Positions 1-12,889 of a stretch of DNA of 64,000 bases are shown here, in pieces. The stretch spans positions 150,474,001-150,538,000 of the forward strand of contig OX597816.1 of the NCBI GenBank assembly GCA_951406725.2, in the 5' to 3' direction. A program made the position numbers and the translations under genes. The DNA is from Octopus vulgaris (Eukaryota). The first letter of the stretch is position 1; each line of letters opens with the position of its first letter. The notes below the pieces were generated by a model. It was not told where the DNA came from and did no database searches. It was given only the letters and a program-made list of their open reading frames with translations.

Positions 1-104
1 AAGAATCATAATTGCTATTTATATACACACACACACACACATACACACACACACACACACACATACATATACATATACATATATATATACATACATATAC
101 ATAT

Positions 105-232
105 CATCATCAATTAACATCCATTGTCCATACTGGCATGGGTTGAGCAGTTTGACTGGGCTGGCACACTGCACCAGACACTAGTCTGATTTGGCATGGT
201 TTTCTACTGCTGTATACCCTTTCTAATGCCAA
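105..232 (-). mobile_element. 3' end of SINE/RTE-tail element ending in (GAT)n
   Basis: Reverse complement matches the tail ...ccaacccatgccagcatgga...gttaaatgatgatgat repeated at 2268-2517, 7420-7675, 11975-12225, 34735-34920, 51055-51270. Confidence 0.75.
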
Positions 233-299
233 CATAAATATATAGTGAAATGCAGAATTAGGTCAGCTGATCATGAGAATCAAATACTGATCACATCGC

Positions 300-541
300 T
301 AAAAACTGCAGGTGGTATGGGTTATTTCCCTTGGGTGTTTAAAAAAATTAGTTATAAGAGGTAGATATAAAGGTCCCTTCCAGTGGCCGTATTATCGATT
401 TTTTCAACAATCTAAGTGTCATGAGGTTTCCAGACAGAAGTTCTTCTCACATGTCAAGTTTCATCAAAATCAATAAAACGATGTAGGAGGAGTTAGATAA
501 CAATGCCACAAACAAATACACACTGATTTTCCACATATGTA

Positions 542-545
<4 letters not shown>
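300..545 (+). mobile_element. Helitron/Helentron-like non-autonomous element remnant
   Basis: aagtttcatcaaaatc...gtaggaggagttagataaca...acaaac ending in (TA)n resembles the 3' part of invertebrate non-autonomous Helitron/HINE families (recalled, not searched). Confidence 0.45.
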
Positions 546-596
<51 letters not shown>

Positions 597-613
597 GATA
601 TATATATATTATA
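543..613. repeat. (TA)n microsatellite
   Basis: Directly visible. Confidence 0.98.
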
Positions 614-614
614 T

Positions 615-1250
615 CAGTGGCAAGTATAAATTTAGTAAAGTGGATGTGTATTTGCAAGCATATTTAATTTCTGCCAACACTGACTTCAAGTATATAATTG
701 TAGCCAATAACTCAGGCTCCTTTTATTGAGCCTGGTCGCAGTTCATCTTTTCATTCAGCCTCTGGCTGTTGTCTTCAAGGTGCCCTGTGTCAGAAAATAT
801 CATTCGTTGCAAACGTTCTCTCAACATCATTCATACGTGACTGACTCGGGCGTAGAAATTACAGCCTGAGGTGTTATCTGTAATCGTAAAAATTAAAAGT
901 AATCCAAATTCAATGTTTTCTTGAAACGAAATTTCTATAGAGATTAGAATTTAAATTCCAATCTATGATAAGTTTTCATTCTACAATATTCTGAAAGGAA
1001 TGGAAAATAATCCAGCAACTGAGGCTAATGTGAACGAGTCTCGTAGGTGTAAAAGACTAACTGGCAGTTGTTATTTGATTGCTGTTATTCTGTGTGTATT
1101 GATCAGTTGTGTTTTTCAGGTTTGCTTTATGTTTACCCTTAACTTAGAAATGGAGAAGAACATAGTGCTAGATATAAGAAATAAGCCATTTGGAGCTAGA
1201 AATAAAGCGGAAAAAAGCAAAATTCTTCGAGCAGGCATGTGTCTTATGTG
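615..1250 (+). mobile_element. hAT-like DNA transposon 5' remnant
   Basis: Starts CAGTGGC after (TA)n; CpG-richer; peptide LDIRNKPFGARNKAEKSKILRAG resembles the N-terminus of ZMYM1/Tip100-like hAT transposases. Confidence 0.4.
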
Positions 1251-1287
1251 AAATCTTTGATGAGTGACACTGATGACCTGGAGTACC

Positions 1288-1318
<31 letters not shown>

Positions 1319-1868
1319 CTGGCCAAACTTGGCCAAACTTGTCCTCTCAGATGCTTCTTGTTCACGGGTGATTTTTACCAGTAGTTCACAGGAGTGGCCA
1401 AGGGAACAAAAATGGGCCCCAATTATGTGGACCTGTTCATTGGCTATGTTGAGGCCCTAATATTCTCAATTTTCACTGGTCCCACTCCTGAACTATACAT
1501 TAGTTATATTAACGACTGTATTGGTGCGACCTCATTCTCCCACGAACATCTAGACTCTTTCCTCTCTTTTGTCAAATCTTTCAATCCTGCTCTCCACTTC
1601 TCCTGCACTATTTCTGACACCTCAGTCGCCTTGCTCAACATTTCGGTCAGCATACATCACTCCACTCTCACCACTTCCATCACACAAACACACAGACTCA
1701 CACTCATACCTCAACTTCTCCTCCTCCCACCCTAGACACACCGAGCTCTCCATTTCCTATTTCCAATTCCTCTATCTACACAGGCTCTACAGTGACAAGC
1801 ATGACTTTGAGACTTAATCTCAAATCATGGCTTGCCACTTCATCCTACGTGGATACCCCTCACCACTA
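1319..1868 (+). pseudogene. Penelope-like retroelement reverse transcriptase fragment (decayed)
   Basis: GVAKGTKMGPNYVDLF (GxAMG motif), YINDCIG (decayed YIDD), FNPALHFS, then frameshifted HTDSHSYLNFSSSHP and SISYFQFLYLHRL: PLE RT/thumb motifs; flanked by (TA)n. Confidence 0.9.
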
Positions 1869-1914
1869 TCTATATGAATATATAGATTTATATATATACA
1901 TATATTTATATATG

Positions 1915-1952
<38 letters not shown>

Positions 1953-1985
1953 CACACACACACATAGATACATTTATATATGTAT

Positions 1986-2263
1986 GTGACCGACCAGACC
2001 ATCAGATGTTGTCACACATCGCTGGTCACAATGCGTTCGCATTGTTTTAGCCTTCGAATGACGCCAAAGTGAGCAGGCCAACAGAAGAAAGAGTAAAAGA
2101 AAGAGTGGTGAAAGAGTACAGCAGGGATCACCACCCCCTGCCAGAGCCTCGTGGAGCTTTTGTTTTTGCCCAATAAACACTCACAACATCCGGTCTGGGA
2201 ATCGAAACTGCGATCCTACGACCGCGAGTCCGCTGCCCTAACCACTGGGCCATTGCGCCTCCA
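1986..2263 (-). mobile_element. tRNA(Arg)-derived SINE, near full length
   Basis: Minus strand ggaggcgcaatggcccagtggttagggcagcggactcgcggtc...gtttcgattccc (A/B boxes, TCG anticodon-like loop) followed by non-tRNA body. Confidence 0.85.
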
Positions 2264-2267
2264 CATA

Positions 2268-2517
2268 TGGTGGCACGTAAAAGCACCATCCGTTCGTGGC
2301 CATTTGCTAGCTCCGTCTGGCACCTGTGCGGGTGGCACGTAAAAAGCACCCACTACACTCACGGAGTGGTTGGCGTTATGAAGGGCATCCAGCCGTAGAA
2401 ACACTGCCAGATCAGACTGGACCTGATGCGGCCTTCCAGCTTCACAGACCCAGTTGAACCGTCCAACCCATGCTAGCATGGAAAGTGGACACTAAATGAT
2501 GAGGATGATGATGATGA
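2268..2517 (+). mobile_element. SINE body with RTE-type (GAT)n tail
   Basis: tggcacgtaaaaagcaccc...gaagggcatccagccgtagaa...ccaacccatgctagcatgg...gatgatg; multiple copies in window. Confidence 0.85.
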
Positions 2518-2660
2518 TATATATACACATATACTACATATATATATATATATACATACACATATACATATATATATATATATATATACACATACATATA
2601 TATACATACATACATATACATATATATACATACACACACATACATATATGCTTGCATGCA

Positions 2661-2690
<30 letters not shown>
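2518..2690. repeat. (TA)/(TACA) compound microsatellite
   Basis: Directly visible. Confidence 0.95.
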
Positions 2691-2691
<1 letters not shown>

Positions 2692-2921
2692 TGGTTGAAA
2701 GAGAACAAATGTGAACTATAAACTGAATATTCACCTCACATATTGGCTAACTACCTCTATTTATTACGTTAACAGATTTGTTGAGGCTTTATTTCAATAT
2801 TTCTTTGCTTTGGTTATGGACTTTTAATGAAATTCTGCTGAGAAATTGTATATTTTCAAATTACAAATTGTGAAACCACCCCAGTAGAAAACTATTATTT
2901 GTTCTGTCATCATTATTTTAG

Positions 2922-2945
2922 ACAAGATGTCAACCACTAATTCAG
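2922..2945 (+). other. Candidate 24-nt exon with GC donor
   Basis: ttattttAG|ACAAGATGTCAACCACTAATTCAG|GCAAGT; donor matches consensus at all other positions; contains aagATG. Confidence 0.35.
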
Positions 2946-3149
2946 GCAAGTAACATTCCATTAATTAATTAACTAATGTCTTGTTGATGAATTAATCTTT
3001 GTATGTTCTTCTCTCTCTCCCTCTCTCTCACTTTGTCTATCTATTTATCTACATGTCTGTCGATATATAGATGGTGGCCTCTGAGTTTTTAAAATGTATG
3101 TGTGTGTGTTTCAAAAGCTGAGGGCACCCTCGATGCAATTAATATCTTT

Positions 3150-3570
3150 CATTTCTTAGGTGACCTAATTGGTAGTAGAGGAGAGTATTCCAAAAACAAA
3201 GTAGGAAGGAGATGGAAACAGTTCAGGGAACCATTAACTCTACTGACAGTATATGCATTCTCTCTCTGAGTGAAAGGCAGATCGTACAAGGTATTGGTGT
3301 CAAATGCAAATGATGTACAAAGACTGAAAAGAAATTAGACAAGTATGACCTGCTGGCTGTGTAATGTTAGTAAGCATGAATGATACAGCACTAATGGGCC
3401 AAGAAAAAAGCAAAGCATAAGAGGGATCAAATGTAGCAGTCAAGAGAGAAAACTGAGCTGGTACGGACATATGATGTGTATAGGGAATGACATCTGGGCA
3501 AAGGAACATCAAGCATTCAAAGTGAAAGGAAGATAAAAAAGTGGTGAAAGATTATCTTATCTGCTTAAGC
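3150..3570 (+). mobile_element. RTE-clade LINE ORF 3' fragment (decayed)
   Basis: Decayed YLGD...W.QFRE...DVQRL...CWLCNVS...RGIKCSSQERKLSWYGH motifs. Confidence 0.75.
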
Positions 3571-4001
3571 TCATCATGAATGATGAAATTTTAATGTTTT
3601 TACTTGCTATCAATACTTGATGGTTCAGCATTGCTGCATTTTCTTTGTGCATTTTAATGTTATCATATCCAAACTAGCAGCATTTTTGTAAACACCATAC
3701 AATATTCTGTCATAAAACATGTCTACACTTCGCAGAGATGTTCATTTGCATACATCAGAATATGATACTCAGTTGATTTTTTCAGCTGACTTGTACTCAA
3801 CTTCTCTTTTTGAGTTAATACTAAAACATCCAAACAACTATTCTCTCATTATTTTCCTCTCAGATTATTGCAAATACTCTTCTTCCACTAGTCATTATTT
3901 CACTGCTATAAAGCTACACACTTCTTACACTTTCTTCATATGGTCTGCTTTGTGTAGAGAGAAAAAATGCTATTGCTAATGGAAATAGCATTTCTCTAAA
4001 C

Positions 4002-4004
<3 letters not shown>

Positions 4005-4089
<85 letters not shown>

Positions 4090-4093
4090 TCTC
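4005..4093. repeat. (CT)n microsatellite
   Basis: Directly visible. Confidence 0.98.
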
Positions 4094-4748
4094 AACATGC
4101 ACACACACTTGTAGATGATAATGATATAGATATAATTATTTCATTGGTTCAATGTCCTTACTAGTGGGAATTACATAATTCCACAAACATACATTCATGC
4201 TTGAATTGTTAGATGTCCTTCATAGCATCATAATACACCCTGAACCATGACAAGACATTTATTCCTATTTCAAGCTACTTTTAATAGGGAATGCAATATT
4301 ATAACTATATATTTGTCTGAAGAAAATGCATCATCCTCTTTAACCACCAGAAACCATGCCAGTCTTAGCAGGTCTTTCTCACCATAGTCATGAATGTGAA
4401 CATACCATCACACTCATCCTCATTCATACACATTTCATATATTTACAGTTCATATTTAATAGCTGAACATTTTTCTCATATATATTCACACACACATGCT
4501 TGTGTGCATGCAGGCACATACAGGCATTCTGATATTTGTACATCTGCAAATGCACATACAAATGATCAATCAAACACTTATACATGCATACACATAAAAT
4601 ATACAAATATATGCACACACGTATAATACTTCATAACTCATTTTATTGAGTGATTTTATTGTGCTTCCACATGCATATACACTCATAATTTCAGATACAC
4701 TCTACACAGATACGTATGCACATGCTCACAAATATATATGCTCAAGTC

Positions 4749-4788
<40 letters not shown>

Positions 4789-5981
4789 TTATATACAAAT
4801 AGAGAAATACATACATATGTACATAAATGCACACACATACACGCACACGCCAGCAAATGGACAAATGCATATATAAATATATAAGCATACTAGTTAGTAA
4901 TATTAATCTAATATTAATAATTTAGTGTATTGACTCTTGATATCTTTAATACACACACACATACATATACTTATATGTACTGCTCCAAACCTACATACAC
5001 CCACACACTCACATGTATGTGAATACCCAAGGATCAACTTTTCATTTTTGTTATCATACTAAATTACAAATTACTAGTGCTCTCCCTCTTTCTTTCTCTC
5101 CCCCTCTCTCTCTGTCTCTCTCCTTACTGTGTGTTTCTCCCACCATCTCTCTTTTCATTTATCTATTTAGCTATTTCTATATTATTGATATCTTACTCTC
5201 CCTTCATAACTTTCTCTTTTGCTCTTTTGTTATCTCATTCTCTTTGCAACCTTCTCTGTTTATGTGTGTGCATGCGCGTGCACACACATACACACATATA
5301 TTTATGCATGCACTCACAAAATACATCATTTCATGTTGCATCTGTTTGTTTTGAAAACCAACCACTGCTGTAATAACAAAGAAGCATCAAAGTAAACGAG
5401 CAAGGGGGAAGATGATACAAGTAAGAGACAGAAAGAAAGAAGATTGTGTGTGTGTGTAAGGGGGTGCTGAAAAGATCTTTGCTTTAAAGGTATCATGAAA
5501 GGCCTGGTTGGAGGCCCAACTTTCCAAATTATTTTACAGACCTTAGAAAGCTGAAGGACTGCTGCAATAAGTGAGTGAATAGGAGAGGAGAATATGTTGA
5601 ATAAAATCATAATTAACTAATCCTCCAGTATTTCCTTTTTCCCAAAACCAGGAACTCTTCAGCACTCCTCAGTCTGATTTGGCATAGTTTCTGCAGCTGG
5701 AGATCCTTCCTAACATCAACCACTCTGAAAGTATAATGGGTGCTTTTACATGCCACCAGCATGGCACCAGTATCTGCCATAACTGTAATTTTACTTGACT
5801 TGCTGGGTTTTCTTTTCAAGCATGACACAATGCCAAAAGTCTCGGCCATTCTTCATTGCCTCCATGAGGCCCAACAGCCGAAAGGAGCTTTTCACATGCC
5901 ACCAGCATTGATCACATGCCACCAGCATTGATCACTCTGTGAGTGCCGCCTGACTGGCTCCTGTATAGGTGGCACGTAAAA

Positions 5982-6066
5982 TTTTACCTGAAGATGGTGG
6001 ATTAAATGTTATGTTGTAATCTATGAATGCATCAGCATAATTCTACTGAAACAGCTGTTTTGAATT
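5982..6066 (+). ncRNA. Degenerate type-I hammerhead ribozyme (Penelope pLTR type)
   Basis: CTGAAGA 5988-5994, stem II ggtgga/ttctact, GAAA 6048-6051, palindromic stem III ACAGCTGT; stem I poorly paired. Confidence 0.55.
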
Positions 6067-6374
6067 TTAAACCCCATTTTTGTTCTTTTTTTATACCTAT
6101 GCCACACCAAGAACCAACCTTGAGTGAAATCTACAGTTTAAATTGGATTTGGTACTTACATATCCACAGTATTCTACCAACACTTGATACTGTCATTATT
6201 GTATGACCCCACTGTGAACCCTATGTTATTGTACCTACCTATTTCTGGCTTCCTAGGTATTGATGTGCCTAGATCTCTATTTCTGTCTATCAATATACTT
6301 GCATGTATGTATGTATATAATTTTGTATTTTTAATTGGCTGAAAGTTACAAAAGTAACTCAAGAGCCAAGAGTT

Positions 6375-6525
6375 TGCAGCTTGCCAGCTCTGGTCAAACT
6401 GTCCAACCCATGCTAGCAAAAAACATGCATTAAAGGATATGATGATGATGGTCCCCATTGTTCTTTTACCTATGGATTAAATTAATTATTCACATTTTGT
6501 TTCATTATGCTAATTGATGTATTGT
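6375..6525 (+). repeat. ~150-bp direct duplication, copy 1 (copy 2 at 7598-7750)
   Basis: Near-identical tgcagcttgccagctctggtc...taattgatgtattgt. Confidence 0.95.
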
Positions 6526-7419
6526 CCTTTTAGAAAATTCCCCCTACCCATCCATCCACTCACTCATTCACTCAATGACTCACTGATTGAAATTGACTTT
6601 CAAAGTAGATAAGTAAAACTGTTGTTGTTGTTATTAATAGTAGTGATGGTTGTGGTGATGTATGGCAGCAAAGAGGATGATATAGCTGGCAGTGGAGTTG
6701 CTGCTGTTGGTGGTGGTCATTATCATTATGCTGGTCTTAGCTATTCTATTATCATTTGATCACTTTTGCACCTACTGGCATTTGCTTAGCACTGGATTTT
6801 TTTTTTTTGTTTTGTTTGTTATCTATTTGCCCTTTTACTTATTTATTCATTTACTTAGCACAAAGAGCCAGAAAGGAAAATTTCATCATTTCATGCAAAT
6901 ATATATTATTTATGAGCTGTGTATTTTTTTTTCTTTAATGACAGGCATTCTATTACTTATCGGTTTCCATCAATTGTTTATTCAATTGAAATGAGAAGGA
7001 TTAGTAAATATTTTTAGATGCTAAAATACATTCAGCATTATGAAAATATTCAATAAGGCTTACTTAGAAGACTTTTCAATGAATTTCTACTGCAACAAAA
7101 GAAAAAAAGAAGCAAACTATTACTTAGAGCAGATATTTGAATGAATTCCTGCTATAGGATAAAAAAATGATATTCGGCTTGATGCTATTCTAGTTATTAT
7201 ATCGTGTTTTGCTTATTAGCACTCATTTTATGTTTTGCAACTGAAGCTTCATTATTTCTAGCAAATTGGCAGAATTGGTGAAATTTTCCTTCTTCCTTGG
7301 TGATTCAAAAGATATACCAGTTGTGTACTGGAGTTGAATCAATTAATTAAACAGACAAGACGACAAAGGACTGAGATACCTGGTGCCTTGCTGTACTCAA
7401 GAAAACCTGCATCTGGTTA

Positions 7420-7675
7420 ACAGGATTGGCCTGCAAGAGTCTTGTGCCAGTGCCTTGTAAAAAGCATTTGTGCCGGTATCATCTAAAAGTGCTCATGCTA
7501 GTGGCACATTAAAAGTACCCAGCATACACTGTACAGTGGTTGGCATTAGGAAGGGCATCCAGCTGTAGAAGCTAAGCCAAATCAGACTGGAAGTTGGTGC
7601 AGCTTGCCAGCTCTGGTCAAACTGTCCAACCCATGCTAGCAAGAAAAACATGCATTAAAGGATATGATGATGATG
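7420..7675 (+). mobile_element. SINE with RTE-type (GAT)n tail
   Basis: Same family as 2268-2517. Confidence 0.8.
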
Positions 7676-8279
7676 GTCCCCATTGTTCTTTTACCTATGG
7701 ATTAAATTAATTATTCACATTTTGTTTCATTATGCTAATTGATGTATTGTTTTATTTTGTTGTAATCTCTGCCATTACTGTACATCATTTTTCTCTAATT
7801 GTACTACAGTCCAGTGGAAAATACCCATTGCTGTATAGTCAAGCCATATGAAACACTGCCTTGAAACACAGATGGAGCCACAGCAGCTATTTTTCCTTAA
7901 ATCATTTTCTGAGATATTATTTAGTTCCTGTTGTATTCTATCTCCTTGGGGATTCAGTTCCCATCACTTGCAGTGGTCCATTGCCATGCTTTCAGTAGAA
8001 GTAGGGGTTAATTCAATATTTTTATCATCTGCTTTTTTGTTTTTGTTGGGGTTTTTTTGATTTTTTTGCTTGTCTCAAGCACATTATGACTCTTTTGAAG
8101 AAAAAATGAAATTGAGTGAGTGAAGAGTAATAGAAATAGACATAGAGGGAAGTGGAAGAAAGGAACATCAATTAATACATGATTATAAGTAATAAAAGGA
8201 GACAATTAGAGCAAGGAGATTAATGAAAGGGAATGTAAAGGATAGAGCAAAAATCAAGAAATGGCTTTAAGAGAGAAAA

Positions 8280-8765
8280 TACCTTATGTAACCTTCCTGT
8301 GAACCCACTACACCTCTTGAGTATCTAGTACATTGTATGGAGTTCCTGCCTATCAAACAGGGCCACTTTCTTGGTGGTAGTAGAGTCCGAGTTTCTTTCT
8401 TGTTAAAATTTAGTCTTTATAATATTTACGTTGTAGCCACCTGATTTTATGTTTTGCTTCTATATTTGGAATTTCTTCTCTAAGTCATTGATCTAATCAG
8501 CTAGAAGTCAACAGTACTGAGGTGTTCCCACAGACAACCATTCTTAAACTCCTCTGTTACATCCTGTAGAACTAATAAATAGAACTCGTCTGAGAATTGA
8601 ACACCAACCTGCACACAAAATTCCATACCAAACATTGTTAATTCTTACTTTGCTGACTACACTTGTTCATGGCTGGCGCAGTTCTCACAAGAGTTTTCTT
8701 TGAAACCTTATCAAAGACCTTCTTCAGATAAACAGAAGCTAAGTTGAGTGGCCTACACCTAGCTA
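8280..8765 (-). mobile_element. RTE LINE reverse transcriptase fragment (decayed)
   Basis: Minus strand PLNLASVYLKKVFDKV...VQVGV...EEFKNGCLWE...LEKKFQ, matching RTE RT DLEKAFD / GCPWELLYADD region. Confidence 0.75.
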
Positions 8766-11104
8766 CATATAACATTTTGAAATATTAGAAAAAAGCAATT
8801 GTTGATGTACCATAAGACTGGTTGATTCAATAATCAAATTGTGTTTTTTTTACAAAAAGAAAATTATTAAATGCCTCAAATTGTTTGATGACTCTTAATG
8901 CATCATAATGTTGCTATGTCATTCACATATTTCTTTACTATTCTCTCACATGAAGGAAAGACCCTATAATATACACATTGTAAAGTAATGCATTTAAGAA
9001 TACATTAACAAAACCTAGAATGTGGTAGAATTTATGCATTTTTACCAAAGTAATAGATAAATAGGGTGATTTGAGCTGAATTGCAGGCAACTTATCAAAA
9101 GAAAAAAAAAAATTCACATTCCAAATATTTTATACAAAGTACAAAAGAACTTGGTCTTCAAGATATTGATCTTATCAGAAATAGTGTGTGGTGGAGATTT
9201 CTATTATCAGTTGTTCAAGCAGTAGACACTTTATATTTATGTCCTCTTCATATTCCAGGAGAAAAATATTTTTTTTTACCATATGCAACTTACCTCCTCA
9301 TTATTACTATTATATGACATTAATAACAGTAATAATTTACCATTTTACACCATTTTCATTACTAGCATGAGTTGGATAAATTTCATTCAAGAAATTTTTT
9401 TCCTAGCTTAATACCTTTCCTACAGTTAAAGATTCAATTTAGAGAAGAACATAATTTGTTAGCTAGATAGACTTAGGTTAGCAGTTATGTGTTTTGTCAA
9501 AAAATAACTCAACATAATGGCTATAGTAACATTTATTCAGGAACACAATATTATTTTGCTGCTACAAAATGAAAACTAGATCTTTGATAATAAGGGGTAT
9601 TTGTTCCATACTGTCTTTGTTTAATTCCCAAAAGTCAAACTTCAAAAGTTACAGTCACTTTGTTTTGTCTCTGTACACAACTCTTAACTGAGTTCATTAA
9701 GCTGTGAACAATAGATACCAGATCTTCAGAGGATGTAGCCAATGATAAATTTGTGTCCAGTCTAGTGGAAAAATTTTATATAACATCTGGATGTATGTAT
9801 GGCATATGGCTATGTGGTTAAAAAGTTTCCTTTGTAACCACTTACTTCCAAGATTGATCTCATTGTGTGCAACCTGTTACTATAATGTTACGTTGAACTA
9901 TAATGTTAGGTTGAACTAATGTCATCTGAGTGGAATTTGGCAAGAAGAAACTGGTGGTTGCCTGCCATGTATGTATGTGTTTATATATTTCACCATATAT
10001 CAGTGAAGAATGTGAGCATTGGCAAAAGCATTGTGCTCTTAGAATAAGAACTACCAAGTTACAGACACTCCCTTGTCATTGTTACCATCATAAATGCAAT
10101 GAACCGGCAATTTGCTCTTTGGAAACCTGTTACTAAATAGCAATATAAAGTCTAAAATAAATCTGTTTAATGATACAGATTCTACATGTAAAAAAGGGTA
10201 TTTTACAGTCACAAAATGTAAGTCTTTAGAGTAAAGATGCATGTTGTGATATTCATGCCTTTTGAAGTCAAGAGAAGTGTGTGTGTGTAGCTTTTTACTG
10301 TTCATGTGAAACAAAATGGAATTGCAAATTCTATTAATTGGGAGCTAATCAGCACTCTATATCAGTGTCTCTACTAAGTCTGTCATTACCTCTTCAGCTC
10401 TTCAAAATAATCTTGATCTTGTTGAAAAATTCAACTGAATAAAAAATAAAAAATAAAATTTTTTAATCTTTCCATAATCTTCATCTATATCTACATAGAG
10501 GAAATGTTACAGCACTAAATGCAGTGCTAATAGATTGCTGCTGTTGCTGCTATTACTACTACTACTTATGAAGCTGATAGTAATGGTAGTTGTTGTGGTC
10601 ATGGTGACAAGAATATTTAGTATGAATTGATGTAGTTACAAAATGTGTGGAGTGTATTGATGTAATACAGTGATAATGTCTTTCATGGAAGCAATATTTC
10701 AGATGAATCAAAGAAAGGGATTGTGTGATTTCTTTCTGAATATGTAATACTTACACCATCATACTGGAGTATGTTATCATTTCAAAGATGATGATAAAAA
10801 CAAAGGCTTTTTTCTTATACAAACAAAAGATCAAAAATATTAAGGGACAAGTTTTTCAGTCTGTAAGTTGTGAGGTAAATTCAACTCCAACAGCAATTGA
10901 ATGCAAAATATAAAGAGAAGTAACTAATACATCAAATAATAATAATAATAATGACGATGAGGATGATGAAGACAACGATGATGATGCTTGTAATGATGAT
11001 GATTTCATTATTTGCCACAATACTTACAGAATAAGAAGTTTCTATAGAGTACAAAACAAAATAAACAAGAAAAAATTTGATATATTGTGCATCATAAAAA
11101 TTGC

Positions 11105-11154
<50 letters not shown>

Positions 11155-11254
11155 AAATGTTCAATTCAGTTTTCTCTATAGGTGTTGTGATGATGTGAAT
11201 TATCTGTAGCTAAGCATGATTTGTGTGTTTGTGTACCTATATGCACATATAAGT

Positions 11255-11418
11255 GCAGACATGGCTGTGTGGTAAGAAACTTACTTCCCAACCACATGGT
11301 TCCAAGTTCAGTCCCACTGTGTGGCACCTTGGGCAAGTGTCTCCTACTATAGTCGCAGGCCAGCCAAAGCCTCATGAGCAGACTTGGTAGATAGAAACTG
11401 GAAGAAGCCAGTCGTATA

Positions 11419-11453
<35 letters not shown>

Positions 11454-11752
11454 TCATCATCATCATCGTTTAACGATGATGATGATGATGATGATGATGA
11501 TATATATATATATATATATATATATATCCATGTATATGCATATTTGTGTTTGTCCTACACCACGGCTTGACAAACTGTGTTGGTGTGTTTACGCCCTCAT
11601 AACTTAGCGATTTGTCAAGAGAAATCAACAGAATAAGTACCAGGCTTAAAAAAAAAGTACTGGGGTCAAATCATTTGACTAAAAGAAATTTTTCAAGGCA
11701 GTGCCCCAGCTTCACTGCCATCTAATGGCTAAAACAAGTAAAAGATAAAAGA
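11255..11752 (+). mobile_element. tRNA-headed CORE-type SINE, interrupted by microsatellite
   Basis: tggctgtgtggtaag...gttcagtcccactgtgtggcaccttgggcaagtgtct...aaacaagtaaaagataaaaga; same family as 26709-27120. Confidence 0.85.
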
Positions 11753-11974
11753 TATATGCATGCATGTATATGTATGTACTTATACATTAATTGAATAACC
11801 AAATAACCAATTTCAAAGTAGGTAGGGGAGTGTACATTTTTAAAATTATGAGTTTGAATGAAAAGTGGTGCAGTGGGGAGGATAGCTTCATTTAAACTGG
11901 TTCCATCATATATAATGTCTTAGTTTAGAATAGAGTATCTGTTAAAAAATGTTACTAAACATCAAAAAGTAGCA

Positions 11975-12225
11975 ATCATCATCATCATCATTTAATGTCA
12001 GCTTTCCATGCTGGCATGGGTTGGATGGTTTGACAGAAGACTGCACCAGGATTCAGTGTCTGTTTTGGTATGGTTTTTATGGTTGGATCCCTTTCCTAAC
12101 ACCAATAACCCTGCAGAGTGGACTGAGTGCTTTTTACGTGGCACCTGTACTGGTGAGGTCAGTTTTGGCATGGTTTTACAGCTGCATGCCCTTCTAAATG
12201 CCAACCACTTTACAGTGTGGACTAC
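11975..12225 (-). mobile_element. SINE with RTE-type (GAT)n tail
   Basis: Reverse complement of the 2268-2517 family. Confidence 0.8.
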
Positions 12226-12889
12226 CTCTTCCCTATTAAAAACAGTTATTACAAATAAATGATACATGATGAGGGAAAAACACTGTAGATTGATACTGGA
12301 AGTTACTATCATAGAGACAAACCAAAACTGATTACATGTCGAGAGCACACATGGGAACATTGGAGATTACATAAGGAATGCCACAAAATTTAGATTAAAA
12401 GTTATTGTTTTTCAGATTTTCTTCAGCCTGTAAATGGCAAAATGTAAATGGAAAAATGAATGTTAAATCTATGTTAAGGATAGTGGATGAGAATTTTGAG
12501 CCCTTTGCATGTAACTGTTTGTATACATAGTTGTATATATCCCCTTGTGGGTAATTCTTTGTTTTAAGCCACCCATCTATTGATGCATGTAGCATCTTGT
12601 GTACAGTCCTATATATGTACCTTCTCCTAAAATCACCATGAGGTTTAAAACCCAGGTAAAAGCTAAACATTGAAACCAGCTCTTGACAGGATATTAATGA
12701 TCTATTTTAGACTAGAGTAAGCACCGATGATATGAGAAATTACATCTTACTACCTTCACCAGTGGCAGCAATTACAATAACAACAGAAAGGAGAATAGTT
12801 TTTCTTCCTGAAGGGATAATGAGAAGCATCAGAGAAACAAAACTATAATGGATTCATTTTCATGAAGGAAGTTGTGAAGCAATAATAGA

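Noticed and set aside
2190-2263. tRNA-Arg-like sequence (also 48620-48692)
   Set aside because: SINE head: acceptor stem incomplete and continuous with a repeated SINE body
9715-9792. 78-nt open phase-1 segment ending in GTATGT
   Set aside because: No polypyrimidine tract; donor comes from microsatellite at a SINE edge
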